Source: a virus. From it: DNA of 64,000 bases. Of this stretch, positions 47,630 through 56,969 are shown one piece after another. The translations under genes and the position numbers were made by a program. Each line of letters begins with the position of its first letter. Position 1 is the stretch's first letter. The stretch covers positions 1-64,000 of the IMG/VR virus record IMGVR_UViG_3300049491_000419, one strand, 5' to 3'. The notes beneath the pieces were generated by a model, which had not been told where the DNA came from, searched no databases, and saw only the letters and a program-made list of their open reading frames with translations.

Positions 47630-47969
47630 TGAGAATAAGATTTAGATCACCCTCATCCTCGACTTCCTTTTGCTGTGCAATCCAGGAGTCGAGGATTTTC
47701 ACATCCGCATACCAGAGTTGATGAAACGGAAAATCAGCATAGGATTTACATTCTATGTTCCAATGCTTCCATGCCTCTGGTGGATGAATATCACCCTTCT
47801 TACCTTGTAGCTGTGCTGAGTCGATTTGAGATTTGCGGAATGTATTCTTCCCGCCAACAAAGGCGCCCGATGATGGAATACGAAGAAACGATTCTGAATA
47901 GGTCTCACTAAGAAACTTAGCTACTTCTAGTTCCCACGCATTACCTTTAGCTTTACTTTTTGATGGCAT
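47445..47969 (-). CDS. Holliday junction resolvase-like nuclease (Hjc/PD-(D/E)xK)
   Basis: SKAKG..WE..VA..L, R.PSSGA, GDI, IECK. Confidence 0.8.
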   Translation of the reverse strand: MPSKSKAKGNAWELEVAKFLSETYSESFLRIPSSGAFVGGKNTFRKSQIDSAQLQGKKGDIHPPEAWKHWNIECKSYADFPFHQLWYADVKILDSWIAQQKEVEDEGDLNLILIKISRKGQWVVFPENLEFLTTRCIDYKGWRFVEWDHFWSKCQNQQLVKKYSVESVLASCTL

Positions 47970-48032
47970 TATAACCCCTGTTTTCATTATTTACCACCAC
48001 TTGATAAATATAGAAAATTAATAGGAGGACAC

Positions 48033-48617
48033 ATGTTCCCAGTATCATTTGAAAAAGCTATTGATCATGCCATGCTTTACGAAGTAGGCGGATTTTGGAA
48101 GCTTACACCAGACGTAAGAGCAGGACTTATCGACACACCAGCACAAAGAAAAGCGGTAGGTTATGTCGATGATCCACTTGACCGTGGTGGTGAGACAAAA
48201 TTCGGTGTCGCTAAGAATGCTAATCCAGACCTCGATATTACAAATCTTGATTGGGAAACCGCTGAGGCTGTATATTATGACCGTTATTGGGTTGCAGGTG
48301 CTTGCGGCAGTTTGCCACCGCGAGTTGCCGTTCTACACTTTGACGGCTGTGTTAATCACGGCATTAGTAGAGCTAAGAAATTCTTGCAGGGTGCAGTTGG
48401 TGCTGAACAAGACGGAATTGTCGGGAGACAAACTCTAGCAGCAGTTTCCGCTATGGACCCAATTGCTGTATGTGAAAGTATCTGCTTACAACGTGCAAAA
48501 TTCTACCGTGACATTGTCGCAGCTAAACCAGCTCAAGAAAGATTCTTAAAGGGTTGGTTGCGTAGAATTGACGAAATGCATATCTTTACAACAGATCCAT
48601 CAGTCACTTTTGAGTAA
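48033..48617 (+). CDS. endolysin, glycoside hydrolase family 108 with peptidoglycan-binding C-terminus
   Basis: DP.DRGGETKFG, FD..VNHG, DG.VG..T, FLKGWL.R; late promoter and GGAGG RBS. Confidence 0.9.
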   Translation: MFPVSFEKAIDHAMLYEVGGFWKLTPDVRAGLIDTPAQRKAVGYVDDPLDRGGETKFGVAKNANPDLDITNLDWETAEAVYYDRYWVAGACGSLPPRVAVLHFDGCVNHGISRAKKFLQGAVGAEQDGIVGRQTLAAVSAMDPIAVCESICLQRAKFYRDIVAAKPAQERFLKGWLRRIDEMHIFTTDPSVTFE

Positions 48618-48621
48618 GGAA

Positions 48622-49285
48622 ACAGGGCTTTTTAGCCCTGTGTCAATATTGTCTGCCCACATGCGGCAGCGATGCTAAAATAGCTTAACAGTTCATACTG
48701 TTCAAGCAAATTTACATAGATAGCGGGACTGACGCGCCCCGTGAACGTACAAGGCCACAGCGTATAGGTTTTACACATCAAAACTACAAAGCACACAAAA
48801 CCCAAATCTTTTCTAACTCCCAAAGCAAAATTTCTTTTACACATTATAAGGTTAGCGAGCCTAGTTAATAATTTCGCCGGCGTGTCTTTCGGAAAGGAGA
48901 GCAACAGCCAGTGTCCGCTGAATGTGCAGTGGCAAGATTGTAAGAACGCCACCACTGTGGTAAGTAAGACGATCGATAAAGTTTGCAGCAAATATGTGAA
49001 AACAGGGTATGGTTTGCTGGTCGCGTAAACATTGGCTGAACGATGTTTGCATTGCGATGAGGACAGAAAGATGTTACAACATCCGGTCCCCCTTTCGGAA
49101 CGCTTAATAGCGTGTAGTTGACATAATCAATCCAACACTACAGAAATATTCCGATTCAGAGTCTGGTGACGCTGTCAAGTGTTCCCTATCTAAGGTTTTA
49201 GATACCCTTGGTCTGACTCCTCCGTCAAACTTATCTCTTCTACTGTAGTTTGAGCGAAGCGGCTAAGCCAGAACGAAAAACGAGC
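48622..49285 (+). ncRNA. candidate large structured non-coding RNA (or structured DNA element)
   Basis: About 670 bp with no credible ORF between convergent genes; more than ten stems; G-U pairs favour the + strand. Confidence 0.5.
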
Positions 49286-49290
49286 GTAGT

Positions 49291-49866
49291 TTACGAAGCG
49301 AGTGTTTCGTGAGTGGCGCGGTCTGTAAGACCGACAGCAGTGACATCGCTCTTCTTGTAAATGCGTTTTGCGAGTTTAACCACTTCTTGATTCGCTTCTA
49401 AGCTAATGTCTACATGTGGTCTCAACTGTATACGAAATATTTCGTTTGAATACGTTTCGACACCCACGACTCCTGTGAACTTCTGGAAATACAATGTCAC
49501 AAATGCGCTAAGACGCAACTCCACCTCTCCGATCAGTGATGGTAGTTCTTCCTTCGTTACAGGATCAATGTGACGCATGAGTTTAATCTCGCCTTTTGTG
49601 ATGTACATCTCAGTGAACATGTGACGACCTTCTGACTTTTTCATGTAGATGTAACCAGGTTGTCGAACCAATGTCTTTCTGGAAAATAATTCAATATTGA
49701 GTTCTCTATTAGGTAACGTGTCCACTTCATACGGACTCCACTTAATGCTTTGCGCATCAAGTAATCTTGACAGTTCATAAACCCAACGGTGCTTAGGATA
49801 ACGCTCCCAGCATTCGATATCATCCTTAGGGATGTCGAACTCTTGCGTGTCTGTTTTTCTGTGCAT
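49291..49866 (-). CDS. hypothetical protein
   Basis: 191-aa ORF with GAGG RBS. Confidence 0.75.
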   Translation of the reverse strand: MHRKTDTQEFDIPKDDIECWERYPKHRWVYELSRLLDAQSIKWSPYEVDTLPNRELNIELFSRKTLVRQPGYIYMKKSEGRHMFTEMYITKGEIKLMRHIDPVTKEELPSLIGEVELRLSAFVTLYFQKFTGVVGVETYSNEIFRIQLRPHVDISLEANQEVVKLAKRIYKKSDVTAVGLTDRATHETLAS

Positions 49867-49875
49867 ATGTACCTC

Positions 49876-50109
49876 TTACATGTATTCCTTGGCGTTTGGA
49901 TTTTGCGCCTTTAGTTTCCTGTTGATTACCTTAATAAAAATCTCTCTGTCTTCAAAGCTTGCACCCCATAAGCTATTCCATTCAATACCGCCACCCATGT
50001 GGAGAGCGATCTCGGCCATTTGTTCTCTAAGAGCAAACGAATCCCTGACATATGATTGAATGAGGTCACCTAATTGTTCAGGTGGTAAAAAGATTAGTGA
50101 CCTTATGAA
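49876..50109 (-). CDS. -1 frame extension of the chaperone gene (gp51/GT-like segment), 77 codons
   Basis: Open -1 frame FIRSLIFLPPEQ...MAEIALHMGGGIEW...DREIFIKVINRK...* starting at slippery A AAT TTT. Confidence 0.7.
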   Translation of the reverse strand, partial: FIRSLIFLPPEQLGDLIQSYVRDSFALREQMAEIALHMGGGIEWNSLWGASFEDREIFIKVINRKLKAQNPNAKEYM

Positions 50110-50951
50110 AAATTTACAGGATTAAAGTCAATTTCGCTTTCCCATTCGTGAGTGCATTTTTCGCACTTAGCTGTGAAGGAACGCTTAATACCAATTTGGT
50201 TAATCTCATCGATTAGGTCGCCGATCTTGTCTACACTTTTCTTATCAATATTTTGTAGAAAGTCTTTAATGAACTTTGGGTCTGAAACATTAATGCCTTG
50301 CGAATCATCAACAACCTTAACGACACCAGCAGTCATTAGTTCAAACTTAATGATTGCTACTTGCTTAAATGATGTGGTGAAAATTGCAGACCTTTGCTCA
50401 TCTGAGAGCGTCTGGCTTTCGATTGCTCTTGAAAGCTTTGTTTGTTCAAACTGTGCATGTAACGCTTTTAGCAATTCAGGGAATGAATAAGGCTTAACAA
50501 ATACTGACAATCCGTTATCCAAATTGATAACATATTCTGGCTCAAGTTCTGCCATATTGTCAAGTGCATATTGTAAGTCGAGTTTGAAGGTATTCTCGTG
50601 AGTACATTTTGGGCACTTTAATGTAGTTTCAAGCGCATCGTTGTATGTTGCATAACGAATTGCTGTAATCAGTGCGTCAATGTCGTTTGTTAATAGAGCG
50701 CGTGGCTGCTTCACAGCAGGCACGCAACTTGTAAGGACTTCGATTAAAGCCTCACCATTTAATAATGCGTCTGGATTCTTAAGGGCAAGTTCGTCCTTGC
50801 CAGTCATAGGCAGAATGCCAATTTCACCCTTATCTGTGAATTCAATGATACCCGGCTTGTAATAACTTGTGCCGCTAGGAACTTTCAAGTACATCTTGAA
50901 CTGCCTAAAATATTGCTTTAGCGGGTTGTTTTGCTGTACGGATGGTTCCAT
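50103..50951 (-). CDS. gp26: baseplate hub assembly / tail assembly chaperone (gp26-like)
   Basis: NPL..YFR, PMT.KDE, D.D.L..AIR.ATY, CPKC, CEKC, F.PVNF. Confidence 0.8.
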   Translation of the reverse strand: MEPSVQQNNPLKQYFRQFKMYLKVPSGTSYYKPGIIEFTDKGEIGILPMTGKDELALKNPDALLNGEALIEVLTSCVPAVKQPRALLTNDIDALITAIRYATYNDALETTLKCPKCTHENTFKLDLQYALDNMAELEPEYVINLDNGLSVFVKPYSFPELLKALHAQFEQTKLSRAIESQTLSDEQRSAIFTTSFKQVAIIKFELMTAGVVKVVDDSQGINVSDPKFIKDFLQNIDKKSVDKIGDLIDEINQIGIKRSFTAKCEKCTHEWESEIDFNPVNFS

Positions 50952-50973
50952 ATTAATACCTCTGAAAATGTTT

Positions 50974-51011
50974 TGATAAATAGTATTGATTGATCTTTCA
51001 CTTATTTATCA
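50974..51011. promoter_or_regulatory. face-to-face late promoters
   Basis: TGATAAATA at 50974-50982 (+) and 51003-51011 (-). Confidence 0.8.
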
Positions 51012-51032
51012 CGGGACTTAACCTGACTTTTT

Positions 51033-53153
51033 ATGGCTGATAATTCTGTCTTTATTACTGGCGCCGCAGAAGGCGCGTTTGCAGAAGCGTTAAACGGTAT
51101 CCCTCCTTGGGCTACACAGAAAACCGCTGAAGACATCGAGAAGGTTCTTAACAAATTATTAGGTGTTCAGTCTAAAGCCTTAGCACAAGCTATCAAATGC
51201 TGCAAGGGTGCAGGTGGTGATAATTCGGGTACTTCAAAGCAAGTTAATGATGAATTAGATAAGCTTGCTAAGAATCTAAAGCGTACAAACGAAGAAGATG
51301 CTAAGAAAAAGAAGCGCGATAAAGAATTAGAAAAATCCGAAAAAGATGAACTAACTCGTGGCAAGAAGAAAAAGCTACAAGACGAACTTCTAACACGAGG
51401 CCTTAACGCAGTTATTGGTGCTGGTCTAAAGATTAATGCAATTCAGAAACAGTATTTCACTACTTCTGAGGACTTGTTTAAGTCTGGTGTAAATTTACTA
51501 AATGGAAATGATACTACTACAAGTAGTATGATGTCCTTAAATCAAATTGTAACACTTACCGGCCTAAGATTAGAAACATTTCAGAAAGTTGTTGAAAAGT
51601 ATAATTCGTCAATTAATGCAGTTGGTGTAAGTAAGTTTGCAAAGACGCTTTCTCTAACATCAACAAAACTAATTGCACTAGGATACAATTCTGAGCAGCA
51701 GGCCGAATTGCTTGGTACACTTGTTGAATCAGAAAGCGAATACATGGATATTCGCAACAAATCACAGGAGCAACTTGCAGATGATGCTCAGCGTCTAGGC
51801 AAACAGATGACACGATTGTCTCTTTTAACTGGACAAACCAATGAAAAGTTACAAGAAAACTTAAAATCCCTTGCAAAAAACACCGATAGTACAGTCGTTG
51901 CGGCTGTGTACGGGGATGAGGCAGCAAAGCGTTTGAACGTTTTTGCATCGTCTTTTAAAGATGCAGACATTGGTGCAATGTTCCAGAAACTTGCGGCAGC
52001 AACACAACCTGCTATTACAAAAACATTCCAAGCATTGGCGCAAGCCGGTCAAGCACCTCTCGCTGAAGAATTTACACGAATTGCAACAGCAGCAAGAGAC
52101 GGTGCAATTTCAGCAGAACAAGCACAGAAGCAGACAACAGATTTAGCACAACGAGTAAACAGCACAACACTCCAGAGTTTAGCATTGCTTGCAGATAAGG
52201 GTGTAGAAGGTGCTGCAGAAACTCTAAGCGTAATTACAAAGCTTCGTGCTCAGGGTAATACAACATCAAAGGCAACAGAAGGACAGGTTGACGCAGCAAT
52301 TGCAGCACAATCCTCATTGTCACGATTCTCAACCGCACTTGAGAAGACACAATCTCTTGCACAAAGAGCATTTCCGTTGTTAGAAAAACAAGTCGACCTA
52401 GCGTCAGGAGCATTAGAGAAATTCAATAAGGTAGTCATGGCAGCTACCGATCTTTTCAGTGCCGAGACACGCAGTTGGATTGCTATTGGTGTTGAAGTGT
52501 TTGCAGGTCTTGCTTTCTTAGCTCGAGGTACAAAAGGATTAACGGGTGGTTTTGACCTTTTAAAGACTGGCGCAACAATGCTATGGGATGGTATTAAGTT
52601 TCTTGGAAGTGGCATTATGAGTGCAGGCCGTGCATTATTTGGATTACTAAACCCAGTTGGAAAGGTAATTGCAGCATTTGCAGCAGGCTATGCAATTGGC
52701 ACAATCATTTACGAAATGATTTCTAAATTTGATTGGTTTAATAACATGATGGATAAGATCTTTGCAGGCCTTGATCACGTCATGAAATACATTCCTGGAT
52801 TATCGGGAGATGCCAAGGAACGTATTGCAACAAGAGAAAAGATTGCAGCTCAAGCCCAGGCTCAAGCATCGGCAAAGAAATCAACAATTTCTGTACCTAA
52901 GGAACCTGCACAGACTACTATTAAGAGTCCATCAGCAGTTCCACCAAGTCCAGAAAAAACTACGGTATCTCCTAGTGGCGAACCTGTTGCAGCAACACCA
53001 TCTCTTGCCGCAACCGTACCTCCACCAAGTTCAAACGACATAAATAGCGTAATGACTTACCAAACCTCGATTTTAGTGCAGCTTCTAGAAACTTCACAAA
53101 ACTTAGTATCGGTAAACAAAGACATTCTAAGATACACTAAGGCACATTCATGA
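51033..53153 (+). CDS. tape measure protein
   Basis: Ala/Leu/Lys/Gln-rich helical protein with a hydrophobic Gly-rich segment, adjacent to the chaperone. Confidence 0.7.
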   Translation: MADNSVFITGAAEGAFAEALNGIPPWATQKTAEDIEKVLNKLLGVQSKALAQAIKCCKGAGGDNSGTSKQVNDELDKLAKNLKRTNEEDAKKKKRDKELEKSEKDELTRGKKKKLQDELLTRGLNAVIGAGLKINAIQKQYFTTSEDLFKSGVNLLNGNDTTTSSMMSLNQIVTLTGLRLETFQKVVEKYNSSINAVGVSKFAKTLSLTSTKLIALGYNSEQQAELLGTLVESESEYMDIRNKSQEQLADDAQRLGKQMTRLSLLTGQTNEKLQENLKSLAKNTDSTVVAAVYGDEAAKRLNVFASSFKDADIGAMFQKLAAATQPAITKTFQALAQAGQAPLAEEFTRIATAARDGAISAEQAQKQTTDLAQRVNSTTLQSLALLADKGVEGAAETLSVITKLRAQGNTTSKATEGQVDAAIAAQSSLSRFSTALEKTQSLAQRAFPLLEKQVDLASGALEKFNKVVMAATDLFSAETRSWIAIGVEVFAGLAFLARGTKGLTGGFDLLKTGATMLWDGIKFLGSGIMSAGRALFGLLNPVGKVIAAFAAGYAIGTIIYEMISKFDWFNNMMDKIFAGLDHVMKYIPGLSGDAKERIATREKIAAQAQAQASAKKSTISVPKEPAQTTIKSPSAVPPSPEKTTVSPSGEPVAATPSLAATVPPPSSNDINSVMTYQTSILVQLLETSQNLVSVNKDILRYTKAHS

Positions 53154-54892
53154 CCTGGAAGAAATTTTTTAAGCCCGTTAACTCTGTCCTACCGGTCACA
53201 CAGCGAGCAGTCGATTCTACATCGGCCTATGCCTCTACGTCTAAGTATAGTAACTGGCTTCCAGAAGTATATGCAGGTCCACCTGATAGATTGCAGCGTT
53301 ATGCAGTTTATGATCAGATGAACTTTGACCACGAAATTCATGCAGCCCTTGATACCATTGCAGACTTTGGTACAGAACCAGATGAAGTGACAGAATTGCC
53401 TCTAGTTCTAAAATACAACGATGATCCAACACCCTCTGAAATTCAGATTCTAGAAAAATCGTTGGGACAATGGTGCAGATTGAATAAGCTTAATAAGCGC
53501 ATCTGGTCTATGTTCCGTTCTACATTGGTTTATGGTGATCAATTTTTCTTGCGTGATCCGGAAACATTTAAACTCTATTGGATTGATCCGGCTAAGGTAG
53601 AGAAAGTCATTGTCAACGAATCCGATGGCAAGAAAATTGAATCCTATTTTATTAAGGACATCGATCTAAACATTAAGGGTCTTGTTGCAACTAATCAGTT
53701 GAACAAACTTTCTAATGAAGCATTTGGTGCCAACAGTGTTGTATTTTCACCACCTATGCAAGGTAACATGAATTATGTTTCTGGTGGCTTTGGCGGAGCA
53801 GGTACAGCAAACTATCAAGACGGCGGAGCTACGGCAGTAGATGCTGAACATATTGTGCAACTGTCCCTGACAGATGGCATGAATGCTGCTTGGCCCTTTG
53901 GTCTAAGTATCCTTGAGCAAATTTACAAGGTTTACAAACAAAAAGAACTGCTTGAAGACTCTATTCTTATCTATCGTGTACACCGCGCACCTGAGCGCCG
54001 TGTCTTCTTTATTGACGTCGGTACTATGCCACCTAACAAGGCGCAGCAGTACCTTGAGCGTGTTCGTTACGAAGTACAGCAAAAGCGTATTCCAAGTAGA
54101 ACTGGCGGCGGCGCTAATGTGGTTGATTCGACATATAATCCAATGTCTATCTTGGAAGACTATTTCTTTGCTGTAACGAGTGAAGGTCGTGGATCTAAAG
54201 TTGAAGTATTGCCCGGCGGTGAGAACTTAGGTGATATTGACGACTTGCGTTATTTCAATAACAAGATGCTACGTGCTTTGGGTGTTCCAAGTTCGTACTT
54301 GCCGACAGGTCCGGAAGATGGTACATCAACCGTTAGTGATGGGCGTGTTGGTTCGGCATTTATTCAAGAGTTTAGATTTGCAAAGGTTGTAACTCGTTAT
54401 CAACAACAGGTTATTGAACCGATTGATTTAGAATTTAAGCTTTTCCTTAAGCGTCGTGGGGTAACAATTGATAATAGCTTGTTTGAGCTTGCGTTTACAC
54501 CAGCACAATCATTCTCTGAGTATCGTCAGCTTGAACTTGATGCAGCACGTATCAATACATTTACAGCATTGACAGATATTTCGTTTGTCTCTAAGAGATT
54601 CATCTTAAAGACCTATTTGGGTTGGACAGAAGCACAGCTTGAAGAAAACGAGCGTATGTGGAAAGAAGAGCGTAGTCGCCTAACTAAGACATTTGCACCT
54701 AATGCAGGGGCAGGTGGAGCAGCAGGTGGTGGATTAGGTGGTATGGGCGGTGGCTCAGCACCAGCTGGACTTTCTGATGTTGGTATTACAAGCTCGGGCA
54801 TTGATGATATGGCACCCGATGCCGAAGGTGTCGAGGGAGAAGAAGGAGCCCCTGTATCTGATACAGAGGTAGATAGCTTCGGGGAACAATAA
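53150..54892 (+). CDS. gp20: portal protein
   Basis: LLEDS.LIYR..RAPERRVF.IDVG.MP..KA.QY, EDYF, LPGG.NLG.IDD..YF. Confidence 0.95.
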   Translation: MTWKKFFKPVNSVLPVTQRAVDSTSAYASTSKYSNWLPEVYAGPPDRLQRYAVYDQMNFDHEIHAALDTIADFGTEPDEVTELPLVLKYNDDPTPSEIQILEKSLGQWCRLNKLNKRIWSMFRSTLVYGDQFFLRDPETFKLYWIDPAKVEKVIVNESDGKKIESYFIKDIDLNIKGLVATNQLNKLSNEAFGANSVVFSPPMQGNMNYVSGGFGGAGTANYQDGGATAVDAEHIVQLSLTDGMNAAWPFGLSILEQIYKVYKQKELLEDSILIYRVHRAPERRVFFIDVGTMPPNKAQQYLERVRYEVQQKRIPSRTGGGANVVDSTYNPMSILEDYFFAVTSEGRGSKVEVLPGGENLGDIDDLRYFNNKMLRALGVPSSYLPTGPEDGTSTVSDGRVGSAFIQEFRFAKVVTRYQQQVIEPIDLEFKLFLKRRGVTIDNSLFELAFTPAQSFSEYRQLELDAARINTFTALTDISFVSKRFILKTYLGWTEAQLEENERMWKEERSRLTKTFAPNAGAGGAAGGGLGGMGGGSAPAGLSDVGITSSGIDDMAPDAEGVEGEEGAPVSDTEVDSFGEQ

Positions 54893-54906
54893 GATAAATA
54901 GGTATT

Positions 54907-55131
54907 ATGAAAGCTAAAGATTTACTTGTTGAATTCTATGACCCTGCCGATGATGAACTGGGGCAAGCAAAGATGGATGACACTCGTCGTCCACGCTTAA
55001 CTATGCTTCATTTGCAAAAACTTAGGAAATCACGCGATGCTGAAAAGTACGAAACTGCTCAGCACCTTAACTTCCTACCCGATATGTATAGTCCTCCACC
55101 CGAGGAAGCTGGCGCGCCCGCCGGCCTATAA
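54907..55131 (+). CDS. small head-assembly-region protein
   Basis: DTRRPRLT..HL.KLRK; late promoter at 54893-54900. Confidence 0.75.
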   Translation: MKAKDLLVEFYDPADDELGQAKMDDTRRPRLTMLHLQKLRKSRDAEKYETAQHLNFLPDMYSPPPEEAGAPAGL

Positions 55132-55304
55132 AGTAGTTTTTTATCTCGGCCCGACCGAGACTAAATAACTCTGCGAATCCGCACTTCTCTAAAAGTGGCT
55201 CTTTTATGGCCATTTCCTCCTATATTCCCCTTCTCCGGGTTAAATACCTAGAATACCACTCTATGTGGAATTTTGGAACTTTAACTAATCAGGGAGAGAT
55301 TGGA

Positions 55305-56306
55305 ATGTCACAACAACAAAAGCTTGAAAAGGTACTGGACCTTCTGTTATCAGAAGACTCAGACCAGGCTGCTGAACTTCTCCACCAGATCATCGTCGAA
55401 AAGGCCCGTGTAATTTATGAAAGTATCGTCGAAGAAGAAGATACAGTCGTAACCGAAGGGGAAGACGAAGTTGGTGGCGAGCCAAATAAGGACTTCACAG
55501 ACGAAATTGCATCCGACAAGGATGAAGTTGATTCTGACGAACAGAACGACGGCGAAGCCGGCGGTGGTGAAGATGATGGCGAAGGCAGCGATGATGAAGA
55601 TGAAGAAGGCGCAGCCGATGAATTCGGTGGAGATGCTGGCGGTGAAGGTACTACAGAAGAGCGCGTTGAAGACCTAGAGTCTCAACTTGCTGAACTACGT
55701 GCCGAATTCGACGCACTCATGGGCGAAGAAATGCAAGAACCACAACATGCTGATATGGGTGCTGATATGGGTGCTGAAGTTGCACCTGCAGACGATGGCA
55801 TGGGCGGAGCTCCTGATTTCGGTGGCGGCATGGGCGGCGAAGATAAGGTCGTTGGTGAAGTTGTAGCTACTATGTTCGAGAAAAAGAAGGACAAGAAGCT
55901 AGAAGTTGCCCCACAGAAGAAAGATGAAAAGAAGGACAAGAAGGTTGACGAAGAGACACAATTCTTGAGCAAGGTTGGCGATACCGGTCAAAAGGGTACT
56001 GCAAAGCTTGTCGGAACTGGTAAGAACACACCGCTAGGTGCTGAACAAACCAAGTCGTCGTTCACTAACATTCCTCCACGCAAGGATTACGGCGGAAAGC
56101 CAACAAATATCCTAGGTAGCAAGTCTACCGGCGGCGAATATGGAAAGTACAATGGTGATTCTGCAAAGGATGACACACCATCTGACAACGTAAAGGTTGA
56201 TCCTAAGAAGTCTGGCGTAAAGGCTGATACTACTGCAAAGTGGACAGGCGGCAAGGCATCCGGTGAAGGCTTTACAAAGTCTCCTCTAACCAAGAAGCCA
56301 GCTTAA
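55305..56306 (+). CDS. prohead core / internal head protein (acidic N-half, basic C-half)
   Basis: GGGAGA RBS before ATG 55305; located between portal and protease. Confidence 0.7.
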   Translation: MSQQQKLEKVLDLLLSEDSDQAAELLHQIIVEKARVIYESIVEEEDTVVTEGEDEVGGEPNKDFTDEIASDKDEVDSDEQNDGEAGGGEDDGEGSDDEDEEGAADEFGGDAGGEGTTEERVEDLESQLAELRAEFDALMGEEMQEPQHADMGADMGAEVAPADDGMGGAPDFGGGMGGEDKVVGEVVATMFEKKKDKKLEVAPQKKDEKKDKKVDEETQFLSKVGDTGQKGTAKLVGTGKNTPLGAEQTKSSFTNIPPRKDYGGKPTNILGSKSTGGEYGKYNGDSAKDDTPSDNVKVDPKKSGVKADTTAKWTGGKASGEGFTKSPLTKKPA

Positions 56307-56315
56307 GGAACGAAA

Positions 56316-56957
56316 ATGGCCATGGCAAATAAACTGTACGAGTACCTGACATTTAATCAGGCGCACGTTCAACTTCTAGAAGAAGATAACAAAATGACTG
56401 GTGGTAAGGATCTCTGTATGAAAGGGATCTTTATCCAGGGTGACGTAAGAAACCAAAACCAGCGTGTTTATCCTGTTCGTGAAATTGCTAGAGCTGTGAA
56501 TTCGATCACTGAGAAATTGAGCGGTGGCCAATCAGTAATGGGAGAACTCGACCATCCGGAAGAGTTGTCTATTAACTTGGACCGCGTAAGCCACCTTATC
56601 ACAGAAATGTGGATGGAAGGTGCAGATGGATACGGTAAGTTGAAAATTGTTCCAACCCCAATGGGCAACATAGTTAAGACATTGTTGCAATCGGGAGCAA
56701 AGTTGGGCGTTTCATCCCGTGGTTCTGGAAATGTTGGTGATGATGGTAATGTATCGGACTTCGAAATTATTACTGTTGACATCGTTGCACAACCAAGTGC
56801 TCCAAACGCATTCCCAAGAACGATATATGAAAGTCTTTTTAACATGAAGGGTGGTGCCAGTGTAATGAATACCGCAAGGTCTGCATTAACTGAAGCCGCT
56901 GCACAGAAACAGCTTGTTAAAGACCTTCACAGATTGATCAACGAGTTGAAAATTTAA
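56316..56957 (+). CDS. gp21: prohead protease
   Basis: N.N.RVYP, GELDHP, VSH, GVSSRGSG, DIVA.PS. Confidence 0.95.
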   Translation: MAMANKLYEYLTFNQAHVQLLEEDNKMTGGKDLCMKGIFIQGDVRNQNQRVYPVREIARAVNSITEKLSGGQSVMGELDHPEELSINLDRVSHLITEMWMEGADGYGKLKIVPTPMGNIVKTLLQSGAKLGVSSRGSGNVGDDGNVSDFEIITVDIVAQPSAPNAFPRTIYESLFNMKGGASVMNTARSALTEAAAQKQLVKDLHRLINELKI

Positions 56958-56969
56958 GGGGAACTCAAG

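Noticed and set aside
48632-49052. Minus-strand ORFs of 119 and 63 aa in the non-coding region
   Set aside because: TTG or weak starts without RBS, atypical Cys/Phe-rich composition, overlap with extensive secondary structure
48618-49290. tRNA, tmRNA, RNase P RNA or self-splicing intron
   Set aside because: No TTCGA T-arm with acceptor stem, no RNase P P4 motifs, no group I P7 or group II domain V recognised; flanking genes are intact
55132-55304. Structured leader or riboswitch, and the longer 55206 start
   Set aside because: Only short stems plus TAAATA promoter-like sites; the RBS supports ATG 55305; not enough evidence for an RNA element
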